Shown piece after piece: positions 26,190 through 39,069 of a stretch of DNA of 64,000 nucleotides. Origin of the DNA: Mobula hypostoma (Eukaryota). The stretch spans positions 25,544,001 to 25,608,000 of the forward strand of contig NC_086108.1 of assembly GCF_963921235.1 (NCBI RefSeq), given 5' to 3'. The notes under the pieces were generated by a model. It was not told the DNA's origin. It did not search any database and saw nothing but the letters and a program-made list of their open reading frames with translations. Made by a program: the position numbers and the translations under genes. Each line of letters begins with the position of its first letter. Position 1 is the first letter of the stretch.

Positions 26190-26490
26190 TCTTACCTCTT
26201 CCCACCTGCCTATCACCTCCCTATCCCTGGGACCCCTCCTTCTTCCCTTTCTCCCCTGGTCCACTCTCCTCTCCTCTCAGAATCTTTCCTCTCCAGCGCT
26301 TTACCTTTCCCAACCACCTGGCTTCACTTGATATCTACTTCCTCCTCCCCACCTTTTTTATTCTGGTGTCTTCCCCCTTCCTGTCCAGTCCAGATGAAGG
26401 GTCTCAGCCTGAAACTTCGACTATTTATTCATTGCCATTGATGTTGCCTGACTTGCTGAGTTCCTCCAGCATCTTGCATGTGTTGCATCA
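26190..26490 (+). mobile_element. Penelope pLTR-derived fragment
   Basis: Pyrimidine tract, then CAGATGAAGGGTCTCAGCCTGAAAC...CCTGACTTGCTGAGTTCCTCCAGCAT. Confidence 0.75.
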
Positions 26491-26784
26491 GAAAAAAAAT
26501 CCAGCTGTTTTAAAAATAATTGTTGGCTTTACAAATTTGGACTTGGTAAGACAGAAAAAAAAAAGTGAAGTAATAGTCACAGCAGCATTACCTGATCTAC
26601 ACCATCAATGGTTTAGTTGTACTTGTTAATATTTAGGTTGGGATTTCAATTAGAATGCTTCTCTGTTTACCTCTGCGAGCCAAGTTCAATGTGAATATCT
26701 GGGAGCAAGTCCCCAGATCATGAGAGGTAAATCTAAAATGAATTTCTACTCTATAGGCATCAATTTGCTGCAGAAGAGAGATGA

Positions 26785-28800
26785 TTCATAGTTCAACATA
26801 CATTTATTATCAAAGTACATACAGTATATATCACCATATACAACCATGAGATTGACTTTCCGGCAATAAATGCAGAAACACAACAGAATCAATGAACGAC
26901 AGGATGGACAAACAAACAATGTGCAAAAGACAACAAAACTGTGCAAATTATAAATACAAAAGTAATAAATAAATAAATAAATAATCAATAAATAGAGAGA
27001 ACGTGAGATGAAGAATGCTTGAAAGTGAGTCCATATGTTGGGGGAACAGTTCAGTGATGGGTAGGTTAAGTGAAGTTATCTTCTTTGGTTCAAGAGCCTG
27101 ATGGTTGAGGGGTAATAATTTGCAATAACTGTTCTTGAATCTGGTGGTGCGAGTCCTGAAGCTCCTGTACCACCTTCCTGATGGCAGCAGTGAGAAGAGA
27201 CCATGGCCAGGAAACATAGAAACATAGAAACATAGAAAATAGGTGCAGGAGTAGGCCATTCGGCCCTTCGAGTCTGCACCGCCATTTATTATGATCATGG
27301 CTGATCATCCAACTCAGAACCCTGCACCAGCCTTCCCTCCATACCCCCTGACCCCCGTAGCCACAAGGGCCATATCTAACTCCCTCTTAAATATAGCCAA
27401 TGAACTGGCCTCAACAGTTTCCTGTGGCAGAGAATTCCACAGATTCACCACTCTCTGTGTGAAGAAGTTTTTCCTAATCTCAGCCCTAAAAGGCTTCCCC
27501 TTTATCCTCAATCTGTGACCCCTCGTTCTGGACTTCCCCAACATTGGGAACGATCTTCCTGCACCTAGCCTGTCCAATCCCTTTAGGATTTTATACGTTT
27601 CAATCAGATCCCCCCTCAATCTTCTAAATCCAACGAGTACAAGCCTAGTTCATCCAGTCTTTCTTCATATGAAAGTCCTGCCATCCCAGGAATCAATCTG
27701 GTGAACCTTCTTTATACTCCCTCTATGGCAAGGATGTCTTTCCTCAGATTAGGGGACCAAAACTGCACACAATACTCCAGGTGTGGTCTCACCAAGGCCT
27801 TGTACAACTGCAGTAGTACCTCCCTGCTCCTGTACTCAAATCCTCTCGCTATAAATGCCAGCATACCATTCGCCTTTTTCACCACCTGCTGCACCTGTGT
27901 GCCCACTTTCAATGACTGGTGTATAATGACACCCAGGTCTCGTTGCACCTCCCCTTTTGCTAATCGGCCACCATTCAGATAATAATCTGTTTTCCTATTT
28001 TTGCCACCAATGTGGATAACTTCACATTTATCCACATTAAATTGCATTTGCCATGAATTTGCCCACTCACCTAACCTATCCAAGTCACTCTGCATCCTCT
28101 TAGCATCCTCCTCACAGCTAACACTGCCACCCAGCTTCGTGACATCCGCAAACTTGGAGATGCTGCATTTAATTCCCTCATCCAAGTCATTAATATATAT
28201 TGTAAACAACTGGGGTCCCAGCACTGAGCCTTGCGGTACCCCACTAGTCACTGCCTGCCATTCTGAAAAGGTCCTGTTTAATCCCGCTCTTTGCTTCCTG
28301 TCTGCCAACCAATTCTCTATCCACATCAATACCTTACCCCCAATACCGTGTGCTTTAAGTTTGCACACTAATCTCCTGTGTGGGACCTTGTCAAAAGCCT
28401 TCTGAAAATCCAAATATAACACATCCACTGGTTCTCCCCTATCCACTCTACTAGTTACATCCTCAAAAAATTCTATGAAGGGTGAGGGGGTTGGGTTCCT
28501 CGATGATGGGATGCTACTTTCCTGCGACATTCCTCCTTATAGGTGTGCTGAATGGTGTGGAGGGCTTTACCTGTGCTGGACTGTGCCATATCCACTACTT
28601 CTTGCAGGGCATTGGGATTTCCATATCAGTCCCTGATACAACCAGTCAATATACTCTCCACCACACATCTATAGAAATTTATCAAAAGTTTAGAAGTCAT
28701 GCTGAATCTTCACAAACTTCTAAGGAAGTAGAGATGCTACTGTACTTTCTTCATAGTGGTATTTATGTGCTAGACCCAGGGCAGGTCCTCTGTAAAGATT
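26785..28800 (-). mobile_element. Rex1/Babar LINE 3' fragment split by a CR1 insertion
   Basis: PGHGLFSLLPSGRWYRSFRTRTTRFKNSY at 27120-27210; upstream part continues at 28480-28800 (ESSIPSSRNPTP). Confidence 0.8.
27211..28477 (-). mobile_element. 5'-truncated CR1 LINE
   Basis: YLDFQKAFDKVPH, SGVPQGSVLGP, KFADVTK, RPHLEYCVQFW; (CTATGTTT)n tail at 27211-27238. Confidence 0.95.
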
Positions 28801-29079
28801 CATCAGTTAGATTCAAAGCAATTAAAAGAAGGACTGGGCCAGGCATGGGTAAACCCGTATGAGACTGCCAGAATCACTTGGAGTTTCAGAATATGGCATT
28901 ATTTGACCCAAGTGTAAGGTATGTGGCTTTGTATCAAATGCTATTACAATTGGATCTTCAGCAGAACATCTACTGAATCACCCTGCGTGGAATGAACATC
29001 CCAAACAATTGGACAATACCTTCCAAGAAAATGCACTGTCAAATGCAGGTTCCTGGGTTGGTTACCACGCTTATTCATA

Positions 29080-29345
29080 TTTATTTGTTTAATTATTTAA
29101 AAATACATCACGGAACAGGCCCTTCTGGCCCGATGAACTGTGCTGCCCAACAACCCACCTATCTGACTGTAGCCTTATCACAGGACAATTTACAATGACC
29201 AATTAACCAATCACCACTGCGTCTTTGAACTGTGGGAGGAAACAAGAGCACCCAGAGGAAATCCACGCTTTCACGGGAAGAATACACAAACTTTCTTACA
29301 TAGGATGACATAACTCCGACACCCCAAACTGTAACAGTGTCTCAC
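29080..29345 (-). mobile_element. V-SINE
   Basis: GGGTGCTCTTGTTTCCTCCCACAGTTCAAAGAC core on the minus strand; TTAATTGGTCATTGTAAATTGTCC. Confidence 0.75.
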
Positions 29346-29414
29346 GAGTCCCGGTGCTTCCGTGGTGCTCTATCTCAATGCTCAAACTTAAAAGATATGA
29401 ACAGAAATTCATCA

Positions 29415-29725
29415 GTGTGGCACAGTCATGCAGCGTCAGCACATCACATTACAATGCCAGCCAGCCTTCTCCGATTGGTGTTCAATTCCTGCCACTGCTT
29501 GTAAGTCGTTTGCATTATCTTCAAGTGCTCTGGGTTCCTCCCGCAGTCCAAAGATGTATGGTTACCGTTAGTGAGTTGTGGGCATGCTTGGTTAGTGTCA
29601 GAAGCATGAAGCATGAAGCATGACGCATGAAGCATGCCCAGCACAGTCCTGCCTGATTTGATATGCTGCAAACAACACATTTCACTGTATGTTTCCATGT
29701 ACAGGTGACAAATAAAGCTGATCTT
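29415..29725 (+). mobile_element. V-SINE variant with Rex1-like tail and internal (AGCATGA)n expansion
   Basis: GTTCAATTCC B-box, CCTCCCGCAGTCCAAAGATGTA core, GTGACAAATAAAGCT tail. Confidence 0.7.
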
Positions 29726-30605
29726 CGTCATCAAATAAAACATTATTCTACACACAGATTTGTTCATGAATTGCAAATATAGCCCAACTTTTTCTATGCA
29801 CATTAACATTGCAGAACACTAACTTTGAAAGGGCTTCAGTTCCAATGCCCCTATTAGATGTTCTCTGCTTGACAGTGTTTTTCCTTGTATAGAAATGACT
29901 ACATTAGTATTATTACAAGTCTAAAATTAATTCTGAGACACACTTAAGTTTTATTAGAAATAAGTTGAGTTCTTCCAATTACTTACAATTGTCAGATAAA
30001 TGTTTCCAATTAACCATGCATTGCTGACATTCAGCTGCAATGTTTCAATTTGTTGCAGCAATATATTTGTAACTTGCTCATTTCACTAATCCTCCTGCAT
30101 ACTTAATCGGTGTCCATGAAAGAAATTAAGAGGGTGAATTTCTCGTGAATGTACAAAATATGCCGCAGAAGCAAAATCTTCTATTTTTTTGACAGAGTTT
30201 CACTGCCTCTATTCATTCAGTCCATAACAAGGGATGGATCTTACAGACCTATTACCCCACCCTTACCTACATAGAACAGCTGCCCATTGCCCCACGTACC
30301 CACAACTATCTTGTTCAGATACAAAGAGCTAATCTCTGGGCGGTAGCAATCTGGTTTCAGTGTCACAGTGCAAACAAAGTGTTGTGAGGGGCACCCACCA
30401 CTTCCCACAAAGCCAAGGCAGTGACAGTTGGCAAAACCCAATGGTTAGTGCTGCAGGCTCACAGCTCCTGAAACCCAGGTTTGATCCTGACCATGGCTGC
30501 TCTCTTTGTTGGTATGCATGTTCTCCCTTTGACTGTATCAGATACCTCCCCCTCCCTGCAAATGCACCAATTTCCACCCACATGGCAAAGGTGTGTGGGT
30601 TAATT

Positions 30606-32720
30606 GGCTCATTTCTTCTGCACATTCCAGCCATTTTGTGTGGCCATGTCAACTTGAGACTGTGTGGGGTATTTTCCGGTTTCCCTTTGCATTATCTCTG
30701 CCGTAATAGGGAGACTTTTGATTGTGTCCGCCGAGAAACAGAGCCCGTCTCTGTCGTGCTGCTGTTGTTAACGGAATATCTTTCTGCTGGTTGATGATCA
30801 GTATTGAGGGTAATCTCTCTTGCTTACATGTACTGGTTGTAAGGTTTTACACCGCACACCGGACTTAATGTCTCTCTATCAATCAGTGTATACATTTTTT
30901 TCTCTGCAGCAGTAAGAGAATGTGATGCAAAAGTTAAGGGGTGTTCACTTCCATCATTCATAACATGTGATATTCATAAGGTGAGGTGTCACAGGCAAGC
31001 AAGCTTCACTGGACCATGTGCTCACAGTGTCTGATGTCACCATTTCCCTTGCCTTTTTGAAAGCCTGCTTTGTCCATTGCCATTTCTTTGCAATCTGCAA
31101 TAAAGAGTTCTAGGGCTGGAGCACAGTAGGCAGAATCGGCAACAACCTGTTATAGCAATTGAAAAATCCTAAAAAGGACCACAACTATGACATGTCCTTT
31201 GGCCTTGGGGCATTCATCATTGATTGAATTTTCTCAGCACACTTGTGTAAATCTTGTGCATCAATACTCTGACCACAGTAGGCGATGTCAGTTTAAATAA
31301 TTTACAATTGTTGCATTATGCTCTAAGCCCAAAATTCTCTAATCCTTTTAACACTGTCTTGAGGTTTTGAAGACTTTCTTTGTCATTCTTACCAGTAACA
31401 ATGATGCCATCAGGTAATACTGAGTGCCAGGGTAACCTTACAGCACCTGGTCCATAACTTTCCGCCAGAATGCAAGTGTAAGCCTATTATAGTGATAAAG
31501 TCTTTGTGAGTGCTTATGGTGAGAAACACTTTGGACTGTTCTTACTTCTCCATCTTTAGATATGCCTCAGCTAAGTCCTCTTGCTGAAGTGTTTTCCTCC
31601 AGAAAAGTTTGCAAAGATATCCTCTATCTTGGGCATAGGGTATTGATCTACTTTCCATTTTGGGTTGATGATGACCTTAAAGTCACTAAAGATCCTAACA
31701 GCCCATTCTTCTTGGCTTCTGGGATCACCGGTTCTGCCCATGGGTTCCACTCAAACCTAGAAAGAATTCCTTCAGCCTCCATGTGATCTAGCTCACTGGC
31801 TACTTTATGATGAATGGTATAAGGAACAGGATGGGCGTTGTAAAACTTGGATATGATATTTTCATTTAACACTATTTTATCTTGATATATTTGCATTTTA
31901 CAATGCTATCGTTGAACACTGTTGTGACATCATCCAGTACCTTAATTCACTTTCAGCTCACTGTGTTGCAGGAGATGTGGCATTCAAATTGTAGATGGAT
32001 CTCCAAGCACAACCCCACAATGCTGGCCCTCCTCTTTTTACCACATACAAGTCCAATGTGGCTTGTTGGTTGTTGTATTTCACTGTTATCAATGTCATTC
32101 CCACAGGAGTTATCTTTACTCCAGTATGAATTCTTAGTTGGATATCTATTTATTGATTGATTGAGAGACAGTATGGAACAGGTTCTTTTGGCCCTTTGAG
32201 CCACAGCAACCCAACAATTCCATCCCTCCTGTTTAATCCTAGCCTAATCATGGGACAATTTGCAATGACAAGTTAACCTACCATCAGGTTTGTCTTTGGA
32301 TTATGAAAGGAAACCAGAGGACCTGGAAAGCTTACACAGTCATGGAGAGAACATACAAATTCTTATAGGGAGTGGTGGGAATAGAACCCTGGTCATCTAT
32401 ACTGTAAACCATTGTGCTAACCACTGACCTGCCCCAATATCTTTTCTCCAGTATAAGTTCTTGGATATATGCGGCTTTAGTATCTTTGAAATGCTGTTCA
32501 AACTCCATTTGTGGAATGGCTGAAGCAGCTGAGCTGGTGTCCAATTCCATTTTAATTAATTTACCATTTAATCCTGGTTTAAGCCATATTTCTATTCTCC
32601 TGTTAGTTTTCACAATTTCAAGGCTACACATTTCTGTGTCATTCTCATCATTATCAGATTTTACAGCAACAGCATGCAGATTAGTGCAGTCAATTATCTT
32701 CCTGTTGCATCTTCCTGTGC
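30606..32720 (-). mobile_element. Decayed Gypsy pol fragment (protease-RT-RNase H), interrupted by a V-SINE at ~32148-32425
   Basis: MELDTSSA (protease), MEAEGILSRFEWNPWAEPV (RT), TDHQP and DIPLTTAARQRRALFLGGHN (RNase H end); similar to the element at 595-4174. Confidence 0.85.
32148..32425 (-). mobile_element. V-SINE
   Basis: tRNA-like head GTGGTTAGCACAATGGTTTACAG...GGGTTCTATTCCC plus V-domain on the minus strand. Confidence 0.75.
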
Positions 32721-33362
32721 AGCCTGGTAATTCCTTTGAAATAAATGGGGTTTTGGATATTGAGTCAAGTCTGAGCTGGTAAGTGATCCAAGATGCAATT
32801 CTCCAGCTGGGCAGTCTTAAGAAGCCTAGACTCGGACACTGCACTCAGTTCAAACTCCACTGACAGAGTGAACTGATAGATTGAGTCTTCTGAACCTGTC
32901 ACTAAGTCCCCATTCGCTTCATTAATAGTTCAAATGTCCTATCCAATCTTGGTATTTCCAATTTGAACAATGTTCTCCTTGATCCACTTTTCACCTTGTT
33001 TTGTTTGATACCCCAAACAAGAATACAGACATTACCTTTTATCACATAACAGTGATACATAGGTGGACTTCATTAAAATGACAGCTTTTCTGTACACATC
33101 CCTCCCCTACACCCCTCGACTGACAATGATGAAATTGCTTCAGTACCGAATCCCTGATAAGAATAGCTTTGATGCTTAATTAACATCGGGTTTGGACAAA
33201 TTCTTGCTCACATCAGTGATAGAAGTTTGCACTTTTCAGACAATAATTACGGGGTGGGAGAGGATGCAAATGTAGGATTGTGAAAAGCAATGAATTAACC
33301 TTTAGGCTTTATAACAGCATTTAAATATCATGTCTAAGAATCTAAAACTTTTGAGCTGCACA

Positions 33363-33376
33363 GTTGCCATAGCAAC
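33363..33376. promoter_or_regulatory. RFX X-box motif GTTGCCATAGCAAC in non-repetitive intronic DNA
   Basis: Exact match to the canonical X-box GTTGCC-AT-RGCAAC. Confidence 0.55.
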
Positions 33377-33764
33377 ACAGTGGCTTTGCATTAAGTGGTC
33401 TATCACAAAGATACTGTTTCAGTGAATCAATCAGTGAACATCTATTAATAAAAGAGACTAAATGAAAACCAGCTGTTTTTTTTTGTGTACTCTGCAGACC
33501 AGCATCACTTCTCTTGGAAGCAATCTCATCTTTGTTAATTGGCATATTGTTATCTTCTTTTCAATTAACTTTTCTATTTTTCAAAACATGAAAGTTCTAA
33601 ATGATAAATGCGAAATAGAACTAAAAATACATACACTTTTGTACCTGAGTCTTGAGCACTTCCTACTTCCAATCAAGATTCAAGTGAATCTGACATAAAT
33701 TTTAAGTACACAATTTTCAACAATGCGTGTGATTGTTGGTAAGAAATTAAAATTTAATATTTAG

Positions 33765-33930
33765 CAATGCATGCAAAATGCTGGATGAATTGAAGAAGTC
33801 CTGATGAAGGGTCTTGCCCTGAAATATCGACTGTTTATTCCTGCCCATAGATATTGCCTGACCTACAGAATGCCTGTAGCATTTTGTGTATGTTAAACAA
33901 GATTTCCAGTATCTGCATGATCTCTTGTGA
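33765..33930 (+). mobile_element. Penelope pLTR-derived short repeat
   Basis: Same motif family as 25140-25285, 26380-26490, 50755-50850 and 60725-60850. Confidence 0.75.
33797..33832 (+). ncRNA. Minimal type I hammerhead ribozyme motif in a Penelope-derived repeat
   Basis: AGUC-CUGAUGA-AGGG(UCUUG)CCCU-GAAA-UAUC-GACU: all core nucleotides present, 4-bp stems I and II, palindromic loopless stem III. Confidence 0.65.
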
Positions 33931-34040
33931 AATGTAATGTTTAATAAGTTGTACATACTTTTGGTATTTGTTGTATTGACAGGGGTAGGGAAACAATGGG
34001 ATTGAGGCCAAGGTGGAATGAATGATGCAAATCATTGCAA

Positions 34041-35456
34041 AGAATCAGAATCAGAACCAGAATCAGGTTTATTATCACTGGCATGTGACATGAAATTTGT
34101 TAACTTAGCAGCAGCAGTTCAATGCAATACATAACCTAGCAGAGAAAAAAATAAACAAATAAAATAATAATAAATAAACAAGTAAATCAATTACGTATAT
34201 TGAATAGATTACAAAAAAAGTGCAAAAACAGAAGTACTTTATATTAAATAAAAAGTGAGGGAGTGTCCAAAGATTCAGTCCATTTAAGAATCGGATGGCA
34301 GGGGAGAGGAAGCTGTTCCTGAATCGCTGAGTGTGTGCCTTCAGGCTTCTGTACCTCCTGCCTGATGATAACAGTGAGAAAAGGGCATGCCCTGGGTGCT
34401 GGAGGTCCTTAATAATGGATACTCCCTTTCTGAGACACTGCTCCCTAAAGATATCCTGGGTATTTTGTAGGCTAGTATATAAGCTAGAGCTGACTACATT
34501 TACAACCTCCTGCAGCTTCTTTCGGTCCTGTGCAGTAGCCCCTCCATACCAGACAGTGAAGCAGCCTGTCGGAATGCTCTCTATGGTACAGCTATAGAAG
34601 TTTTTGAGTGTATTTGTTGACATGCCAAATCTCTTCAAACTTCTAATAAAGTATAGCCACTGTCTTGCCTTCTTTCTAACTGCATCGATAGGACCAGGTT
34701 AGATAGTCAGAGATCTTGACAGCCAGGAACTCAAAGCTGCTCACTCTCTCCACTTCTGATCCCTCTTTGAGGGTTGGTATGTGTCCCTTCGTCTTATCCT
34801 TCCTGAAGTCCACAATCAGCTCTTTTGTCTTACTGACATTGAGTGCCAGGTTGTTGCTGTGGCACCACTCCACTGGCTGGCATATCTCACTCCTGTATGC
34901 CACCTCGTCACCACCTGAGATTCTACCAACAATGGCTGTATCATCAGCAAATTTATAGATGGCATTTGAGCTATGCCTAGCCACACAGTCATGTGTATTT
35001 AGACAGTAAAGCAGTGGGCTAAGCACACACCCATGAGGTGTGCCAGTGTTGATTGTCAGCGAGGAGGAATGTTATTACCAATCTGCACAGATAGTGGTCT
35101 TCCAGTGAGGAAGTGCAGAGGGAGGTACAGAGGCCCAGGATCTGCAACTTTTCAATCATGATTGTGAGACTGATAGTATCAAATGCTGAACTATAGTTGA
35201 TGAACAGCATCTTGACATAGGTGTTTGTGTTGTCCAGATGGTCTAAAGCTGTGTGGAGAGCCACTGCAATTGCATTTGCCGTTAACCTATTGTGGCGATA
35301 CGCAAATTGCAATGGGTCCAGGTCCTTGCTGAGGCAGGAGTTCAGTCCAGTCATGACCAGCCTCTCAAAGCATTTCATCACTGTTGTTGTGAGTGCTTCC
35401 GGGCGATAGTCATTAAGGCAGCCCACATTATTCTTCTTAGGCACTGGTATAATAGT
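34041..35456 (-). mobile_element. 5'-truncated Rex1/Babar LINE
   Basis: [51 protein letters not shown]; (GATTCT)n tail at 34041-34065. Confidence 0.93.
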
Positions 35457-37589
35457 AGCTCTAGGCCATGAAAACATCATAAATTAAAATGAGTTTAGTA
35501 TAACATGTTCCCAATTGCAGTTTGGAAGATCGCACACTGTATCTTCTTCCAAGCAGAAAATAGTTGAGCAGAAGATGGTGAGAGTCCCCAACCTCTTAAT
35601 GTGAACTATTTTCTAAAAGCAAAAGATGTGCAGATTCTGGAAATCTAACAAGGAAGGCACCAAATGCTGGAAATAACTCAACACATCAGGCAGTGTATAT
35701 GAAAAGAGAAACAATGTTAACATTACACATTGGTGAAATTTCTTTAGAAATGAGAAACTAGAAATCAAACTCATTTAAGGTGGCAGAGTAGAGGAAAGAG
35801 TGAAGAGAACAAGAGAATGTTGGTGTTCAGTGTGGATTTTAAGAGATATTAAGTGACAAAAATGATGGCAAAAGAAAGACGCCATTAAATGGACATATGT
35901 ATAGGAACCTACAAGGTTCCAAGCTATCTTGTGTGCTATGAGGAATGGACCTTCCAGCCTTACTCAGGGTCTCCTTCTCTTACAGTCAAAAAATTTATCA
36001 AAGCTGCTTCGACACCTGTGCAAAATTTGAGTCTCATCATCTTCATAGCCAAATTCCACTCTACTCTCACTTTGACTTGCTCCATTTCTGAATCTTCCCT
36101 TCCTTTCCACATCTCTACCACCATATCTCTCTCTCACCACTCCATCATGAATCATGCAGTTATTTTGATTGCATCTCCTTCCACACTTCTCTCTATAAGG
36201 GTGTTATTCCTTTCTCCCAGTGGGATTAACACTAACATGGATGTCATTTTCTTTTAAAACTGAAGTGAGGAACTGTTTCTTAGCTAGACTCTGGTGAATT
36301 TGTGGAATTTGTTTTCTTAGAGAACTGCAGAGGTCAAGTAATTGGATGTATTTAAGGCAGAGATTGAAAAATGTGTTAAGGGTGATTGGAAGAGTGAAGA
36401 AGGTTTTGAAAATAAACAGTCATGACTGAATAGTGACTGAATGTTGTTTACTTTAATATTTTGAGTCCACAAATCATTCCATTGAATTAATTTTTCACAC
36501 TGGCATCAAGGATTTAAGCACCTTTGCTGAGACAAAATAATTCACATACTGTGGGTGGTCTAAAAACCTCTTAGAACAAGGAACCCAAAGACCTACTATT
36601 AGTAAACACGAGGAATTACTATTCAACACTACTATTAGTGTTGTGAGGGTTTGACTCTCTGGGTTCACAGATATCACAGTTTTTGATAAACAGAACAAAT
36701 ATATCTATGACCATGTTTGATGTGTAAAGTGACAAAGTAAGTCTAGTTGATTATTTTCAACAGGTTAAATTGCTCAGTGGATTTGATATGGGCTAAATAA
36801 CTTATTTCTATTTTCTTACACTTGGCTGATGCTCACAAGAATATCTCATGGTAGTGTCAGTTTCCAGGCCATATCTCTTGAGCAGCCTCCTGCTATGGGC
36901 TAGTGTTTTGAGGTTTACAAAGCCATCCATTTAGCTTCAAGCACACACATGGAAAATGCTGGAACCTTGTGCTCATTTATATTAATGCTTGCTATCAACA
37001 TAGTTCCTGCAAGGGGAAGAGTTTGGAGGCCTGCAAGCCTCAATGACCCAGAGAGCTACGTTGGCTGGAGTCAGGGCAGATCCTGGCAATCCTCTAAAGA
37101 TTCTTCAGTACTTCCTGCATTAATCCCTTAAACTAAAAACAAAATCCTTGCAAATTCACAGGGAGAGCTAGAAGAAATCAACCAACTTACAAGTTGGGAA
37201 TAAGTTTGGGGGCATGGATTGGAGGGTTTGTTCCTGTTGCTTTTCAGGAGACAACGTTGTTTGGAGCATCAAAATGCCTTTGTTGGCTTCTATTGCAGAT
37301 TGATCCACACATTTGTAGGTGTTTTCTGTGCTTTGGAAGGTCCGTCATTTACTAGGGATGCCACATGGTGCACTCAGTAAAACACTCATCCCCAGCAGTA
37401 ATAGTGACTAGGTCTGAAACGGAGCTGTCTCATATAGAGGCAGCAGCAACCTGCACAGGATACCATCTTTAATTGGATAATTGAGTTAATTAGCTTTTGG
37501 ATGGTCTAGGGGGAGGGGCTTAGCAGTTATAAGCCTCAGGTTACCAAGGCTTTGGAGTTAGTTTTCTTTGGTATTTAGTCTGAGGGTGG

Positions 37590-37590
37590 C

Positions 37591-37647
<57 letters not shown>

Positions 37648-37657
37648 GTATATATAT
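37590..37657. repeat. Compound (TA)n(CA)n(TA)n microsatellite
   Basis: Directly visible. Confidence 0.95.
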
Positions 37658-39069
37658 TTTTTTCCCCCAGTTTTTGTCTTGTTTTGAGGTAAATAAAAGT
37701 ACCTCAATTTATTTTTGTGACTCAAGCCATCTGGTTATTTTCCTTAAACAATTGACCCACAGTTTTTTGTGAGAGCAACTAATATTCTGTCTTGTCTTAC
37801 ATGCACTCCCAATAATCCCTGCATTATCGAACCCTTGAGTGTTCCTGTAATGTACAAAAAATGAGGATCAGAAGGAACCACATCAATCCCTTCTTCAAAT
37901 TTCTTAATAGCTTTCTGATACAGGGTATTTGTGCTTCTTTTTCAGTCAAAAAGGCAGCCTTTATCAAGATCCTTTAGATGCATGAAAGTGATGAGACTTC
38001 CATCAACCTATGGCATGTGTTTGTGAAACATTCTAATAAAAGAAATAAGTTCAAGGCAATAAGGCAACGGATCATCTGGGGAATAGCAGTTAAAATTTCA
38101 GATGAGGATAAAATAGTTTTATGAGTTTTCTTGTGAGGCTGCAAAGTAAGAGGACGTACCAAGGATCAATAGAAGCAGATTAAAGAAATATCATCCTAAA
38201 TAGACTGATAAGAGAGTAAAAGCAATTGGTACACAGAATTTTAAGTGGATCCAATCGGAAGTATCCTTTCAGTCTCTCCCAACACGTAAATAAGATTGTC
38301 AGGGACCAAAAATGAAATCAGCAAATCTTCTAAGTTGACTAGATTTATCAAATAACGTAAAGGTTGTAAGGCAAAAGAATTATAAAGCTTACATACCAAG
38401 TGATAACATCATATTGTAACCTGAAACCTACGCATCAAAATCTACAAAAGGTAGCCTTGTTGTGTGTTTATATTACATAAATCTGAATCTTATTATGTGG
38501 CTGAAGCTTTGAATTCTGATTTGAATCACATCCAGTGCTTTGAATGACGCAGTGAAAACACTTAGATTCAAGAAATACGTTGATTTTATGTTGAAAGTAT
38601 CATGATGGTCTTAAACATTATAGATGATATTAGTTCATTCCAATTTGTCCAAATTAATAAGATGTTTTTGCAATTATCCTATCACCCTCAAAAAATAAAA
38701 CTGCAAATGGTAGGTAGGGATGTTTATGGCATGTTTAGGCATTAAAGAGCCTCCGAGGTGAACAAGAAGTAGTTTTGGGAGACATGGCTTGTTCAGTCTA
38801 TGGTTAGCAATTGACATTATCTTGTTAAAATTTTAACAAGGAAGAAATGTTTCAAGACTTGTTTGGAACTGATTATTATTTAAAATCACTACAAATGCTT
38901 CTTGAGAAGACAGAGTTGCATTTTGGCAGAATGTTTTGTAAGGAAAGAGTGAGGTCATCCAATTAACCAGAAAAGAAGATTTTTTAAATGTTGAGAGGTT
39001 GAAAAATGTTCTGTTCAGAGAGACCAGAGTGCCCTTGCATACAGATCTATTAAATTTAACAGGCAGAGA

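Noticed and set aside
30640..30830. CpG-rich patch resembling an exon or conserved element
   Set aside because: Translates on the minus strand as the Gypsy RNase H end (DIPLTTAARQRRALFLGGHN).
37950..38820. Possible ancient L1/Tx1 remnant
   Set aside because: No motif could be read convincingly.
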